Source of the DNA: Fibrobacteria bacterium
Lineage (GTDB): Bacteria > Fibrobacterota > Fibrobacteria > UBA11236 > JADFYW01
Reading direction: 5' to 3'
Assembly: GCA_050294405.1 (NCBI GenBank)
Contig: JBNKOC010000007.1
Span: forward strand, 64,001 to 128,000
Length of the DNA: 64,000 bases
Below are positions 11,801 to 20,570 of this stretch, in pieces. Both the position numbers and the translations under genes were made by a program. Position 1 is the first letter of the stretch. Every line of letters starts with the position of its first letter. The notes under the pieces were generated by a model, which was given only the letters and a program-made list of their open reading frames with translations, was not told the origin of the DNA and did no database searches.

Positions 11801-14800
11801 ATGGATCCTGCATATAAATAACATCGATACCCGCTAAAATGCCCTCAGTATATAGTGAAGAATTATCAATTACTGTAGCCCCTCTGGCCGCTAAATCACC
11901 TGAAACCACTGAAAATGTGGCGCTTGAAGAACTGCTATGGACCAAGTCGAAGGCAATGGTTTTACCTGTTAGATCCGCCGCTTGTATTACAATGGACGGT
12001 GCGGCAACACTGTTTGGATTATAAACAGGAAGTTCGTCATTTCCTGATATTAATGGATAAACCTCAAAAGAGGAAAGAGTATATGAGCTTAAATTCTGAA
12101 CAGTAGGACTTGTAAGTGTTTCAAATTCCAAACCCCAATTAAGAACATCTCCCCCATCATTTGAAATATTCAATACACTATTCAAACTGTCGCCATATAA
12201 AACAGTTTCACTATAAGCTAGAGGATTTGCCACAATACCTGGAGGCTCTATACCATTGCCATTTAAACTGATTGTTAGAGAGGGGTTATCTTCAGCATTA
12301 CTGCTGATGGTTAATATTCCAGTTTCGGCGCCTAATGCATCTGGTGAAAAATTCGCACTCACTTCAACACTGGAGTAAGCTGACACGACAATGGGAAAAC
12401 TTCCTGAAACTGTGAAAACAGAGTTATCGGAAGTTATGGAGGAGATTGAAGTGGCTTCATTAGAATTATTGACCAGGGTCAGGAGCAAGCTCGTGCTACT
12501 CCCATTCCATACATCTCCAAAATCGAGGCTTGTGGGGTTTGCGGTTAAGCTTCTAAAACCATCCACATTTAAGGTTACCTCAATGATAAAGGACGAATTT
12601 GAAGGATCGTTAGTAGCTACTGAGATTTCCCCTGTATAGGTCCCTCCCAGCAATTCTGCAGGGTTAACATTTATAAATAAGTCTTGAGTGCCCCCGGGAT
12701 TTACAGTCCCAACTCCTGCAGGTCCTGCAGTGAGCCAATTAGGCCCAACTTCGGCAATGGCATTGTTTACATTAAGACGGCCACCTGTAACAGTTATTCC
12801 GTTCATGGAAGGTACTTGATCCACCGTGTTCATCAAAATATTTTTAACTTCTTGGAATGTTAGACTAGGGTTTAAAGACCAAATTAAACCTGCTGCACCG
12901 GATACATGAGGAGTAGCCATGGATGTCCCACTCAAAAGCCTGTAGGAATTGCCAGGAGAACAACTATATGTATCTACACCTGGAGCTCCCAAATCTACAC
13001 TTGTTAACCCATAGCTTGAAAAAGATGCTTTAGCATCATTTCTGTCTGTTGCGGCCACTGCAAGTACATTAGGTAAATCATAAGATGAGGGATAATGGGG
13101 GCTTGAATCGTTGTTAGAATTGCTATTTCCGGCGGCAGCCACAAACAAGCCACCCAAGGCGATTTCATCCATTAAGGCCTGGGAAAAACCTCCCCCGCCC
13201 CAACTATTACTGGTAATATGAACGCCCATGGCATTGGCATAATTCACACTGGAAATGGCATTGGCTGTGGAACCACTTCCACCATCATCCAGAAATTTTA
13301 TAGCCATAAGTTGTGCATCCCACATGACACCCGCCACACCAATACCATTATTGCCCCTTCCTGCAATAGTTCCAGCACAGTGAGTCCCGTGGTAATGCCC
13401 GTCCATTGGATTAGCATCTCCATAGGCAAAATCCCAACCATGGATATCATCTATAAAACCATTTCCGTCATCATCAACACCGGCTGTGCCAGATGCTTCG
13501 GCTGCATTTACCCATATATTGTCCACTAAATCGGGATGTAAATAATCAATGCCTGTATCAATTACTCCAATTGTTACAGATTTATTGCCAGTATGGATGT
13601 CCCAGGCTTCCACTGCATCTATATCAGCATCTAGCGTGCCTCCTGACTGGCCTATGTTGTGCATACCGTATAATTGGGAAAAACTTGCATCATCAGGGAT
13701 GGCTCCAAGTTGAATTAGATAGTTGGGTTCCGCATAAGCCACATTTTGATCCAAAATAAGGGTTTGAATGGCTGCAATAACATCATTTGCTTCCTGTGAT
13801 TCAATAGTTATCAAAAATAATTTGCGGCCCTGATGCGCCGCCAATCCGGTTTTGGGGTTAATAGCTAGAGCCAATTCTTCTGTTTTTACAGTGTTAATTG
13901 CAGCTAACACCTGTGTATCGAAGAAACTACTTTGTCCATTTTTTAAAGCAACAATTATGTTACCAGGAACAAAAGCATTTGCATAGTTTTCATTGCTGTA
14001 AATTTTATCATTTTGGATTGTCGGCAAAGAATAGCCAGAATTACTATTAAATGTAGGAGAGCTGGTTTCCTGTACACTTACAATTTGGAATTCCAACACA
14101 TCCCCCCCGCTATTGCCCAACACCGAAGTCAAATCCACGGGAGAACTTGCGGGATTTAAATCCAAAGTAAAACTAAGAGGACTCAAACTAGCTGAAGGAG
14201 GAGAAGTTGCAGTCCCAATTGCTGAAAAAGTCAGGCTCGGGTTGTCCTCAGCATCGCTCAGGATATCAAAATTTCCAGAATGGCTACCGAGAGCCGATGG
14301 GTTAAAACTCACATTAAAGCTGGCAGAGCCAAAAGCCGGTACAGTAAGGGGTAAAATTCCATCATGATCGAATGTAGGGGTATTATCGCCATTTATGGCA
14401 TTAATAGTCGTTAATTCATCACCAGCATTTACAACTTCAACTCTATAGGTGGAGGATGCTCCCTGCCATACATTTCCAAAATCATGAGAAGTAGCGGTGA
14501 AATTTAACCGCCGCATCCCGTCCACATATAAATTGACAGGAATAACAATGGGATTGGACTCAGCAGGGTCGTTGTGGGACAGTTCTATAGTTCCATTATA
14601 ACTTCCTCCCAACAAATCAGTGGCATCCAAAATCACATCAATATTTATAGACTCTCCTGAGGCTAAGGTCCCTGATTCAGTGGACAAGGACAGCCAGTCT
14701 GGGCCTGCACTGAACTCAACGGCCAGAGAGTTTCTCAAATAGGATGCGTTGTATACAACTCCAAGTCCATCGTCTCGGGTACTATTTTGAATTCCCACGG

Positions 14801-17498
14801 TACTGGACAATACAGTTCCGGTTAAACTGTTGTAATAAAGGTTGATTTTACCGTTGTCGTGAAGCACAAACTGAAAGGTCACACTGCCGGAGCCACTGTA
14901 ATAAGCTACGGCATTAAATTGTACAATAGCATATGTCCCAAAGTCTTGGAAATAAACATTGCCTCCACCGCCGGGCCTAAGATCATCCCAAAAGCCAGCA
15001 ATAACATTTGCTGGAGCGCTCGTGGAAGGTAGAGGGTAATTTGTATACCCTGAATATGAAGTTCCAAATGTAATAACGCCATTAGAGCTAACATACATAC
15101 TGCTATAATCAGTCCCGTAAAAGTTAAAGGGGAAGCTTAGAGATTGTAATTGGGTGCAATCATCACACCCAGAAATAGTGGACATTACGGTTCCTGTAGT
15201 GCTGATATTATTCCAAACATAAGTAGGGCCTGAAGGTTCATCTGAATCGGACCATTTATATCCATACATGTCCGGGCCACCGGAACCATTAGGAACTATT
15301 TGGCCAATTCGGTTGTCGGGGGCCCCTTTTGGTAAAATTTGGAAATGTTCCGGAGAGTAACTTGCTGGAGGTATTGTAGCCGCAAAACTAGCAACCACTG
15401 GAGATAAATTATATGCTAAATCAGCGCCACCACTGTTTTCAATGGTTAGTGTAGCCGTGGCGCTTCCCCCCACCCCAACAGTTTCAGATATCGCACCGGG
15501 ACTATAAACAATCGCAGAAGGTGGCACGCCGTTTCCACTTAAGTTTACGCCAAGGCTGGGGTTATCTGCCGCGTCACTGGATATGGTTAAAGCGCCTGAC
15601 TCGGAACTTTCTGATGTTGGAATAAATACCACATCTAAAATTAAGTTGCCTCCAGCAGGCACCTGAAAAGGCAGGCTTGCCCCTGTTGTAAATACAGCAT
15701 TATCAGTACTAATCCCAGACACTATGGTTGCTTCGCCACCTGAGTTGCTCAATGTAAGCTCAAGGGTGGAAGCAGCGCCTACACCAACACTTCCAAAGTC
15801 TAATGAAGTGGGGCTTACTGCTAAGTTTTTGACTAAAGGAGCCAAACCTGCAGCTGCCCATACATCTGAAACTGTGGCGGCATTATAGCCCAAAGTTGTA
15901 GCAGCTAAAATCCAGGCATCTCTGGAATCCCTGTAATTAGAATTGGCCGTTAACAAAAATCTATTAGCATACATGGCTATTTCGCCAGCTTGCTCAATGC
16001 CTAAACCAGTTATAGAATAGGCGTGGCCATCATTAGTGCCCGTGCCACCCTCTGATAACAGATAAAAAACAAAGTTTTGAACCCCGCTATTGGTATGAAC
16101 CCCGCCATTATCACCGGAACCTGTGTACCAATATGTTCCTTGATAATATGAGGGTTGTCCGAATCTCTGTGGGTCCCGCAAATCCCTTAAAGCTTCATCA
16201 CTCAACCAGGAATCCTCCCCCATCATCCAATCCGCTTCTCCATCCACTCCCAAAGGATAGGCGGACCTTGCGTCGGGCTGACCGTAAAATTCCACCAAAG
16301 CTCCCAATATATCGGAATAAGATTCATTAAGCGCACCAGACTCGTAGGAATAAACCAAGTCAGATGTATAATCAGTAATAGCATGGCCGAATTCATGAGC
16401 GGCAATATCAAGAGTGGTCAAAGCATTCGCGGTCACTCCATCCCCATCTCCAAAATACAACTGAGAACCGTCCCAATAGGCATTTACATAATTGGTATTT
16501 ACATGGACATTTGCCGTTGCGAAGGCTCCTGCATTATCAAAGCTGCTCTGGCCTAATACGGTAGTTACATAGTCCTGGACAATTTCCATATTTTTGGCCA
16601 GGGATACGGCAGCGGGGTCAGTATTCGCCCAAAGTCCTGTATTGTTTTGTTCCCAATCTGCGGCATCTTCGTTAAATACGCCCCAAAGGTTGTTGGAATT
16701 CCACAAGAAATATTGGGATGTATTGTCCAACCAGCCATTAATATCAACCAGGCTCCCATCTTCATCGGGCAAACGGTTGCCACTTACATTATTTTCACTG
16801 CCCCCCACAGGAGCGGCGTGCATCAATTTATTTTCCTTAAATAAAAGCTCACCTGTTCCAGCATCCATGTATGCTTTCCAAAGAGCGGGAGTTTCAGGGG
16901 CTTCCACGGGAATTTCTACTTCAAAGGCCAAATGGCCATCAAATATTACCAAATTGCTGACGGCTTTTTGGATATTACCTTTTCCAAGGTTTTGCCTGAC
17001 TGAATTTATGGCAGAAGCGGCAGTGATAGCTGGGTTTACGTCCAAAGATATGTCTTCCGCAAATTTTCCGCTTACAGCATAAATCTCGTTTTGAGGATTA
17101 ACATGTACTATCATTTCGGAACCTACAACAGGGATGCTTTTATACAACTGTTGCAGACGAATATGTGTATTCCCCAGCTTGTCTTGTTGTTCTGATAAAA
17201 AATTAGCTGAGAAGCTATCCCCACGCCATTTGCTGTTTAAGCGGGCAATTATTCCATTGGCGGAATTTCCGCTCAACTTTACTTTACCCTGAATAGCCTT
17301 CTCACCTTCATTTAACAAGTCGTCTTTCGAAAGACCTTGCAGGTTTTTGAATCCGTTTTTGTATGGGTTCACAGGTCCGTCTGCCACATTTTCTGGATTG
17401 GAGCTAGGCCTTATTCCATAACCCGGAATTGTTAATCCAAGCAGCAAAGCAGCTGCTAGAAATCTAACTGCCGGTACTTTTCTAATAAAAGAAGTCAT
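5889..17498 (-). CDS. Giant secreted multidomain protein: FTP/PepSY propeptide + M4 thermolysin-like peptidase + S8 subtilase + seven Ig-scaffold modules (choice-of-anchor D/ASH- and BACON-like) with inserted domains
   Basis: Signal peptide. M4 motifs NAYWDG, HEFGH, GALNESYSD, GGVHTNSG. S8 triad VIDTGID, HGTHCAG, GTSMATP. Seven 'L.V.P...DFG.V..G' Ig starts. Confidence 0.92.
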   Translation of the reverse strand: MTSFIRKVPAVRFLAAALLLGLTIPGYGIRPSSNPENVADGPVNPYKNGFKNLQGLSKDDLLNEGEKAIQGKVKLSGNSANGIIARLNSKWRGDSFSANFLSEQQDKLGNTHIRLQQLYKSIPVVGSEMIVHVNPQNEIYAVSGKFAEDISLDVNPAITAASAINSVRQNLGKGNIQKAVSNLVIFDGHLAFEVEIPVEAPETPALWKAYMDAGTGELLFKENKLMHAAPVGGSENNVSGNRLPDEDGSLVDINGWLDNTSQYFLWNSNNLWGVFNEDAADWEQNNTGLWANTDPAAVSLAKNMEIVQDYVTTVLGQSSFDNAGAFATANVHVNTNYVNAYWDGSQLYFGDGDGVTANALTTLDIAAHEFGHAITDYTSDLVYSYESGALNESYSDILGALVEFYGQPDARSAYPLGVDGEADWMMGEDSWLSDEALRDLRDPQRFGQPSYYQGTYWYTGSGDNGGVHTNSGVQNFVFYLLSEGGTGTNDGHAYSITGLGIEQAGEIAMYANRFLLTANSNYRDSRDAWILAATTLGYNAATVSDVWAAAGLAPLVKNLAVSPTSLDFGSVGVGAASTLELTLSNSGGEATIVSGISTDNAVFTTGASLPFQVPAGGNLILDVVFIPTSESSESGALTISSDAADNPSLGVNLSGNGVPPSAIVYSPGAISETVGVGGSATATLTIENSGGADLAYNLSPVVASFAATIPPASYSPEHFQILPKGAPDNRIGQIVPNGSGGPDMYGYKWSDSDEPSGPTYVWNNISTTGTVMSTISGCDDCTQLQSLSFPFNFYGTDYSSMYVSSNGVITFGTSYSGYTNYPLPSTSAPANVIAGFWDDLRPGGGGNVYFQDFGTYAIVQFNAVAYYSGSGSVTFQFVLHDNGKINLYYNSLTGTVLSSTVGIQNSTRDDGLGVVYNASYLRNSLAVEFSAGPDWLSLSTESGTLASGESINIDVILDATDLLGGSYNGTIELSHNDPAESNPIVIPVNLYVDGMRRLNFTATSHDFGNVWQGASSTYRVEVVNAGDELTTINAINGDNTPTFDHDGILPLTVPAFGSASFNVSFNPSALGSHSGNFDILSDAEDNPSLTFSAIGTATSPPSASLSPLSFTLDLNPASSPVDLTSVLGNSGGDVLEFQIVSVQETSSPTFNSNSGYSLPTIQNDKIYSNENYANAFVPGNIIVALKNGQSSFFDTQVLAAINTVKTEELALAINPKTGLAAHQGRKLFLITIESQEANDVIAAIQTLILDQNVAYAEPNYLIQLGAIPDDASFSQLYGMHNIGQSGGTLDADIDAVEAWDIHTGNKSVTIGVIDTGIDYLHPDLVDNIWVNAAEASGTAGVDDDGNGFIDDIHGWDFAYGDANPMDGHYHGTHCAGTIAGRGNNGIGVAGVMWDAQLMAIKFLDDGGSGSTANAISSVNYANAMGVHITSNSWGGGGFSQALMDEIALGGLFVAAAGNSNSNNDSSPHYPSSYDLPNVLAVAATDRNDAKASFSSYGLTSVDLGAPGVDTYSCSPGNSYRLLSGTSMATPHVSGAAGLIWSLNPSLTFQEVKNILMNTVDQVPSMNGITVTGGRLNVNNAIAEVGPNWLTAGPAGVGTVNPGGTQDLFINVNPAELLGGTYTGEISVATNDPSNSSFIIEVTLNVDGFRSLTANPTSLDFGDVWNGSSTSLLLTLVNNSNEATSISSITSDNSVFTVSGSFPIVVSAYSSVEVSANFSPDALGAETGILTISSNAEDNPSLTISLNGNGIEPPGIVANPLAYSETVLYGDSLNSVLNISNDGGDVLNWGLEFETLTSPTVQNLSSYTLSSFEVYPLISGNDELPVYNPNSVAAPSIVIQAADLTGKTIAFDLVHSSSSSATFSVVSGDLAARGATVIDNSSLYTEGILAGIDVIYMQDPSSNWSAAEEAAIDGWLANGGAILYQGDQPGSMAPFFNKYGITYTGPYSSGISTNIMEHSATEGVDTLNIPGPVAGLILSGNTELLVEDISGNPFSAAAIIGAGAIISVCDEIFTNNNMINYKNRLFANTAVDWLATGGNGSWLKISQSEGNVNPAETANIPVLFNGVNVTPGNYTGELTINHNVPATNAITIPVSLYVDGVRNLDVSPLSHDFGNIWIGSTSTFDFILSNPGSEATQINSINISGAEFTHNLTLPATVAADGALALTITYSPIDLDADVTTITIISDAEDNPSLTVNANGAGVEPPQISITPSAISEAVVGEEIVDVPLTVENLGGDDLVFTARGAESSPLAPSFGAVTNMNVGLLATSTSFSTLQSHLQAMSQVANVEFINGNLQVPLLESLLNFDVVVVASNTSWYNQIQIGDVLADYVDAGGRVVILGVNFHGTGTWALQGRIMTPEYSPIGTASNYSSSTATLGTLITHPITEGVSTLSSSYYALAIATQGLGVSLGSYSNGYLVGAYNPEKPIVNLNVYTASNSYWSGDFLILLENAMRYTATPPWLSVQNQGTPITVPAGSSTDVIVSLGGAGVLGGDYSGMVEFSHNVPGQTNPLSIPVDLNVDGIKSLTVTPSSNDFGNVWVGQNSVFEFELANNGTEETQVNSITIDNAEFSYSLGLPIVLTPGNSQTFEVTFSPADLGTESGTLTINSDAEDNPSLPVTLSGTGVEPPQISITPSAISEAVVGEEIVDVPLTVENLGGDDLVFTARGINAASVLPGLGAVTDMNVGLLATSNTTYSTLESQLQAMTQVANVELINGSVQEPQLDSLLNFDVVVVASNSSWYNQIQIGDVLADYVDAGGRVVLLGLNFHGTGNWVLQGRIMTPDYSPISAVTTYSSSSASLGTLVSHPITEGVSSLTFSYYAYVTSTQGQGQSLGTLTNGYLIGAYNPEKSIVNLNVYAASNSYWSGDFLILLENAMRYTSTPPWLNVQNQGTPITVPAGGSTNVIVSLGGTGVLGGDYTGIVEFNHNVPGHTNPLSIPVDLNVDGIKSLTVTPGSHDFGNVWAGQNSAFTFVLENNGTEQTQVNSITIDNAEFSYSLGLPIVLTPGNSQFFEVTFSPVDLGTESGTLTINSDAEYNPSLPVTLNGTGIAPPEISVSPANISDNLGPDEISNHILSVDNLGGDVLSFNLDVDYLSNPLGVYQLEIPEQFKNDILAQYGDPLMGNTQSPMENPGPFNSDLNVPLAGENVLLIRDALPWSKDVTEPLLVTLGAIVTIIPSSAVATTDFAQFDLIVTSSVQSSTYYSNLDANMARFENYISSGGIVFYNSCTFSGITQSIPNSGTVSYSTSGTNYIMNNEHPIVEGVTSPITGNSASHNFISVVPNGADTIITNVSNQPTLIEYDMGAGTVLVSTLTLEYYYPSGLAEFLFPNAMNYLLQGAVGNNSWISADISSGTVDPGSSRDISIELNSSNLLAGEYTANLNLIHNSPLVTNPLNIPVTLNVAGESRLSVSPTNLDFGSIWVGNSSTLQIVLENTGNQPTQVTNISTSNPIYTITGAFPISVDAFSSVTVDVSFNPSSPGVESAVLTITSNADDNPTLTVSSSGEGVEPPSIAVSPADISTSLAVGSSEDHQLSISNAGGDNLDWSIDFGMPTAWPGVIDILIYTRGADMTGEYLNVVSSITNYAPSHTITNSVTTDSLTLAAELADKEVFIIMEQESIPIPSGLGTTFATVLDAFLQRGGTIIYHFPGHSYNPASFLSEAGLMDISYAGLNSGGAIVIEDPTNELFTGITSTVYMNNACAYYSVSGSAEVLASYSSYAAIAENKIHSGRVITMAPDFYTYNANWAQILSNAVALGPTIPPWLQLSRLSGTTPASGSSDLVVTINAEGLAPGTYNQNILISHNAPGQTSPQVVSVSLTVTGIPGLGRSRIFSVGPAATTVSAGTTYNLWKVQIGGVTQGVTQGTGHKLLLK
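8350..10890 (-). repeat. Internal tandem duplication of ~1.27 kb (~422 aa) inside the giant protease gene
   Basis: PPQISITPSAISEAVVGEEIVDVPLTVENLGGDDLVFTARG and NPLSIPVDLNVDGIKSLTVTP each occur twice; nucleotide offsets 1266 (10867 vs 9601) and 1269 (9961 vs 8692). Boundaries approximate. Confidence 0.9.
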
Positions 17499-17519
17499 AA
17501 GAAATTCCCGTAGTTTGAA

Positions 17520-20042
17520 TTACCGAATTGAATATGCTGATGATGTTAATGGAGTTCTGGGTAATAATACATCGGGAGGGCTGCCTTCAATGGTAATTTC
17601 CACCCATAAGTTATCATATGTACTTAAAATACTTTGCAAATCATCCCCAGTAGAGCCTTCTCCGAGTCTGGCTACAAACAAACCATCGTCCACAGTAATA
17701 GCCTGGGAGTTCGCAATTAAAAAAGACTCGGCATAAACTTCTGTACCTGCCGAGGCATCTGTAAATAAGCGAATGCTGGCTTCCACATCCACTGGAGTAG
17801 GGTAACCTATGGGGTTTCCTGCATCGTCTAAAAGTTCTCCGCTAATGGACAATTTTTGAGAGTTTGGAACTGCGCCAGGCAGTTGGACTGTTAAGCCAGC
17901 ATTGTTACTAACCACAGTACCCCCAGGGTTATCTACAACAACGCTAAAAACAGCCCCGTTATCCGCTAAGGTAGCTCCAACAAAATCGTAAGTGCTCGAA
18001 TTAGCACTTGGGATGTTTAAACCGTCTTTTCGCCATTGGTAACTTAAGGGAGCGGTTCCGGAAGCCACTACAGAAAAACTGGCTGTTTGCCCTACTTCAA
18101 TGGTTTGCGAAACAGGTTGGGTAACAATAACCGGAGGGCCTGGGTTTACAGTTAATATAGCGCTGGAGCTAGTTGTGCTTCCACCTGCATTGGAAACAAT
18201 TACCGAATACGCATCATTATTATTTGAATAAGTTAAAACAGGAGTGGTATAAGTGTTGCTGTTTCCACCTACATAGCTTCCAAATCTTCTCCATTGGTAT
18301 GTTAATGGGGCCGAACTTACAGCAACCACGCTAAAGCTTGCCGTTTCGCCTTCAAACCTGGTTTGGTTGGCAGGATGAGTCGTAATAACAGGAGGAGCAG
18401 GCACAACCGTTAAGGTAGCCGGGTTACTGGTGATACTTCCCCCGGCATTTGTAACTATCACCCTGTAAACATCGCCATTTTCACTGTAATTAGTTGCACC
18501 AGTGTTATAGCTTGAACTCGTTGCCCCTGCAATGTTTGCTCCATTTAACTGCCATTGATAGCTAATTGGAGTTGTTCCCGCTGTGGTCACACTAAAAATA
18601 GCCGCTTGAGGCTCATTTACTGTGATATCTACAGGATGTACTGTAATTGTTGGAGGTAAGGCTATAACTGTTAAAACAGCAGCTGAACTTGTTACAGAAC
18701 CTTCACTATTTGAAACCACTACAGTAAAACTGGCGCCATTGTCGGAATAAGCTGCAACTGAAGTGGTATAACTGGCTCCGGTAGCTCCAGAAATATCTGC
18801 ACCATCTCTTTGCCATTGGTAAGTTAAAGGGGCTGTTCCATTTGCCACAACGGTAAATGTTGCTGTTTCAAGTTCATTAACGGTTTGAGATGCTGGTTGT
18901 GTTACAATAGTTGGAGCTGTTGCCGCATCATTCCAGGGAGTCAACCGATATCCGGGAATAGGTCTTTCCATCTCGCCGGTAATTCCAGGACCTTGCCAAC
19001 CCACTGCAATATTATCACCACCTACTTCTTCTTTTTGTAAAACCTCGATGTAATATTTTTGACCGGCCACCAAGCTTACCGGGCTGGATTGTTGGCTGGC
19101 ATATTTAGTCCATTCCAAATGGTTTGCCCAGCCAATGATATTGGCGATGAGTGAAGCATTTGCCGGGCTTTCATCGGAGCTAAGCCATAACTCACCATCG
19201 TCGTCGGTGGCCAACCAAAAGGTATAGCTACCAGTTGCCGGAGCCTCGACATAACCTCTCATTCTTGTGCCAAACTGGTCTGCTACATCAACCGGACCAT
19301 CCAAAACAGAAATTACCTGACTGGTTGAGGGGTTATCAGGATAATTAGCCGCACCGGTTAATGAAGCAATAGTTGTCCCTGGAATACCAGTAAACGTTTC
19401 CATCAAAATTCCGCTCGCTCCCGCAGGGTTGGAGGTGATGACAAAATCATCAAAATATGCCGTGGCTTGCTCCGCCAATTCTGTTTTTTTGTTATTGTAC
19501 ATTCCAATGGTAATACCGTGATTGCCGGCACTTAAATTACCCAAATAAACTGTAAAGGTTTGCCAACCCGTTTCTAATGGATCGCCGCCTCCCCCATACA
19601 ATTGGGCTACATAATCATTTCCGGATACACCGACTAAATTGCCATTTAGAGCGACCAATACCTGATTGTATTCGTCCCCTTCATAATTAGATACAGTTTG
19701 AAGGTTGTATTTTAAGGAAAGGGTCACATTCCCGGCAGAGGCTAAAGAAAAGTTGATAGTCCAACCGCCGGACATATTGTTAATGGGTGTGGCATCGACC
19801 CCGCCCACCGTAACCGTTAGGGCACCGCTGCCACCAAAACCGCCGCTGGCATTTCGGACACCTGAAGCATAATTAGGTTGGGACGTAGCCCGAAATGGGT
19901 CATCCACATAATTAAAACTGTTGCTATTGGAATTAAAATCCGCTTGTAATACAATACCGGAATAAAGACTTCCACTTAACACCACTAACAATAAAAATAA
20001 AGCGGAAATAAATGTTTTATTAATATCAAACCTGTTTTTCAC
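17520..20042 (-). CDS. Secreted PA14 + four Ig-like repeat protein with a C-terminal fibre-base-like domain
   Basis: Signal peptide; N-terminal beta-rich domain; PA14 (FGTRMRGY...YTFWLATDDDGELWL...YYIEVLQKE..GGD); four P.I...P...TV...A.F.V....P..YQW repeats; C-terminal ISGELLD..GNP...GLF...LG...LWVEITI...PRTPLTSSAYS. GTG start; ends 21 nt before the giant gene. Confidence 0.85.
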   Translation of the reverse strand: MKNRFDINKTFISALFLLLVVLSGSLYSGIVLQADFNSNSNSFNYVDDPFRATSQPNYASGVRNASGGFGGSGALTVTVGGVDATPINNMSGGWTINFSLASAGNVTLSLKYNLQTVSNYEGDEYNQVLVALNGNLVGVSGNDYVAQLYGGGGDPLETGWQTFTVYLGNLSAGNHGITIGMYNNKKTELAEQATAYFDDFVITSNPAGASGILMETFTGIPGTTIASLTGAANYPDNPSTSQVISVLDGPVDVADQFGTRMRGYVEAPATGSYTFWLATDDDGELWLSSDESPANASLIANIIGWANHLEWTKYASQQSSPVSLVAGQKYYIEVLQKEEVGGDNIAVGWQGPGITGEMERPIPGYRLTPWNDAATAPTIVTQPASQTVNELETATFTVVANGTAPLTYQWQRDGADISGATGASYTTSVAAYSDNGASFTVVVSNSEGSVTSSAAVLTVIALPPTITVHPVDITVNEPQAAIFSVTTAGTTPISYQWQLNGANIAGATSSSYNTGATNYSENGDVYRVIVTNAGGSITSNPATLTVVPAPPVITTHPANQTRFEGETASFSVVAVSSAPLTYQWRRFGSYVGGNSNTYTTPVLTYSNNNDAYSVIVSNAGGSTTSSSAILTVNPGPPVIVTQPVSQTIEVGQTASFSVVASGTAPLSYQWRKDGLNIPSANSSTYDFVGATLADNGAVFSVVVDNPGGTVVSNNAGLTVQLPGAVPNSQKLSISGELLDDAGNPIGYPTPVDVEASIRLFTDASAGTEVYAESFLIANSQAITVDDGLFVARLGEGSTGDDLQSILSTYDNLWVEITIEGSPPDVLLPRTPLTSSAYSIR

Positions 20043-20570
20043 GGAGCAACCTCGATTTCTAAAACAAAAATTTTAAAAGGCGAACTAAAAATTTTACAAG
20101 AAATTTAATATAATCCAATCGAATGTAAACACAACTTTACAAAATATTTTGTGACAAAATGTATCTAAAACACATAACATCAAATAAATTAAACGTTCAA
20201 ACCGTTAAATTAGAGTTGATACGAGTAGATGCAATTACATTGCATTTTTAAATGAATTAAAATTTAATCCATTTTATAAATCGCAATTTAGAATATTTAT
20301 ATAACCCTGTCACTTCTATCTCACAATATTTTTTAAAATAAATTCGCTTTTTTGTGTTTCTAAATTGAACCCAAATAAAAATGTCTATTCCAACACCCCC
20401 TTATAGGCAAAAAAATAAAGATTATGGCGTTTTTTATCCCAAATCTCCAAACCAAAGACAAAAATAACTGCATATCTTCACATCCAAAACTCAATTAACT
20501 AAATTTCTCTTTGGAGGAGCTTTGTTTTAATTCAATTTCAGATTGAAATTATTTCACATTGGGGAAACAT

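Noticed and set aside
9421..17082. Many short plus-strand ORFs inside the giant gene, two of them near-identical
   Set aside because: Antisense shadows; their similarity simply reflects the internal duplication.
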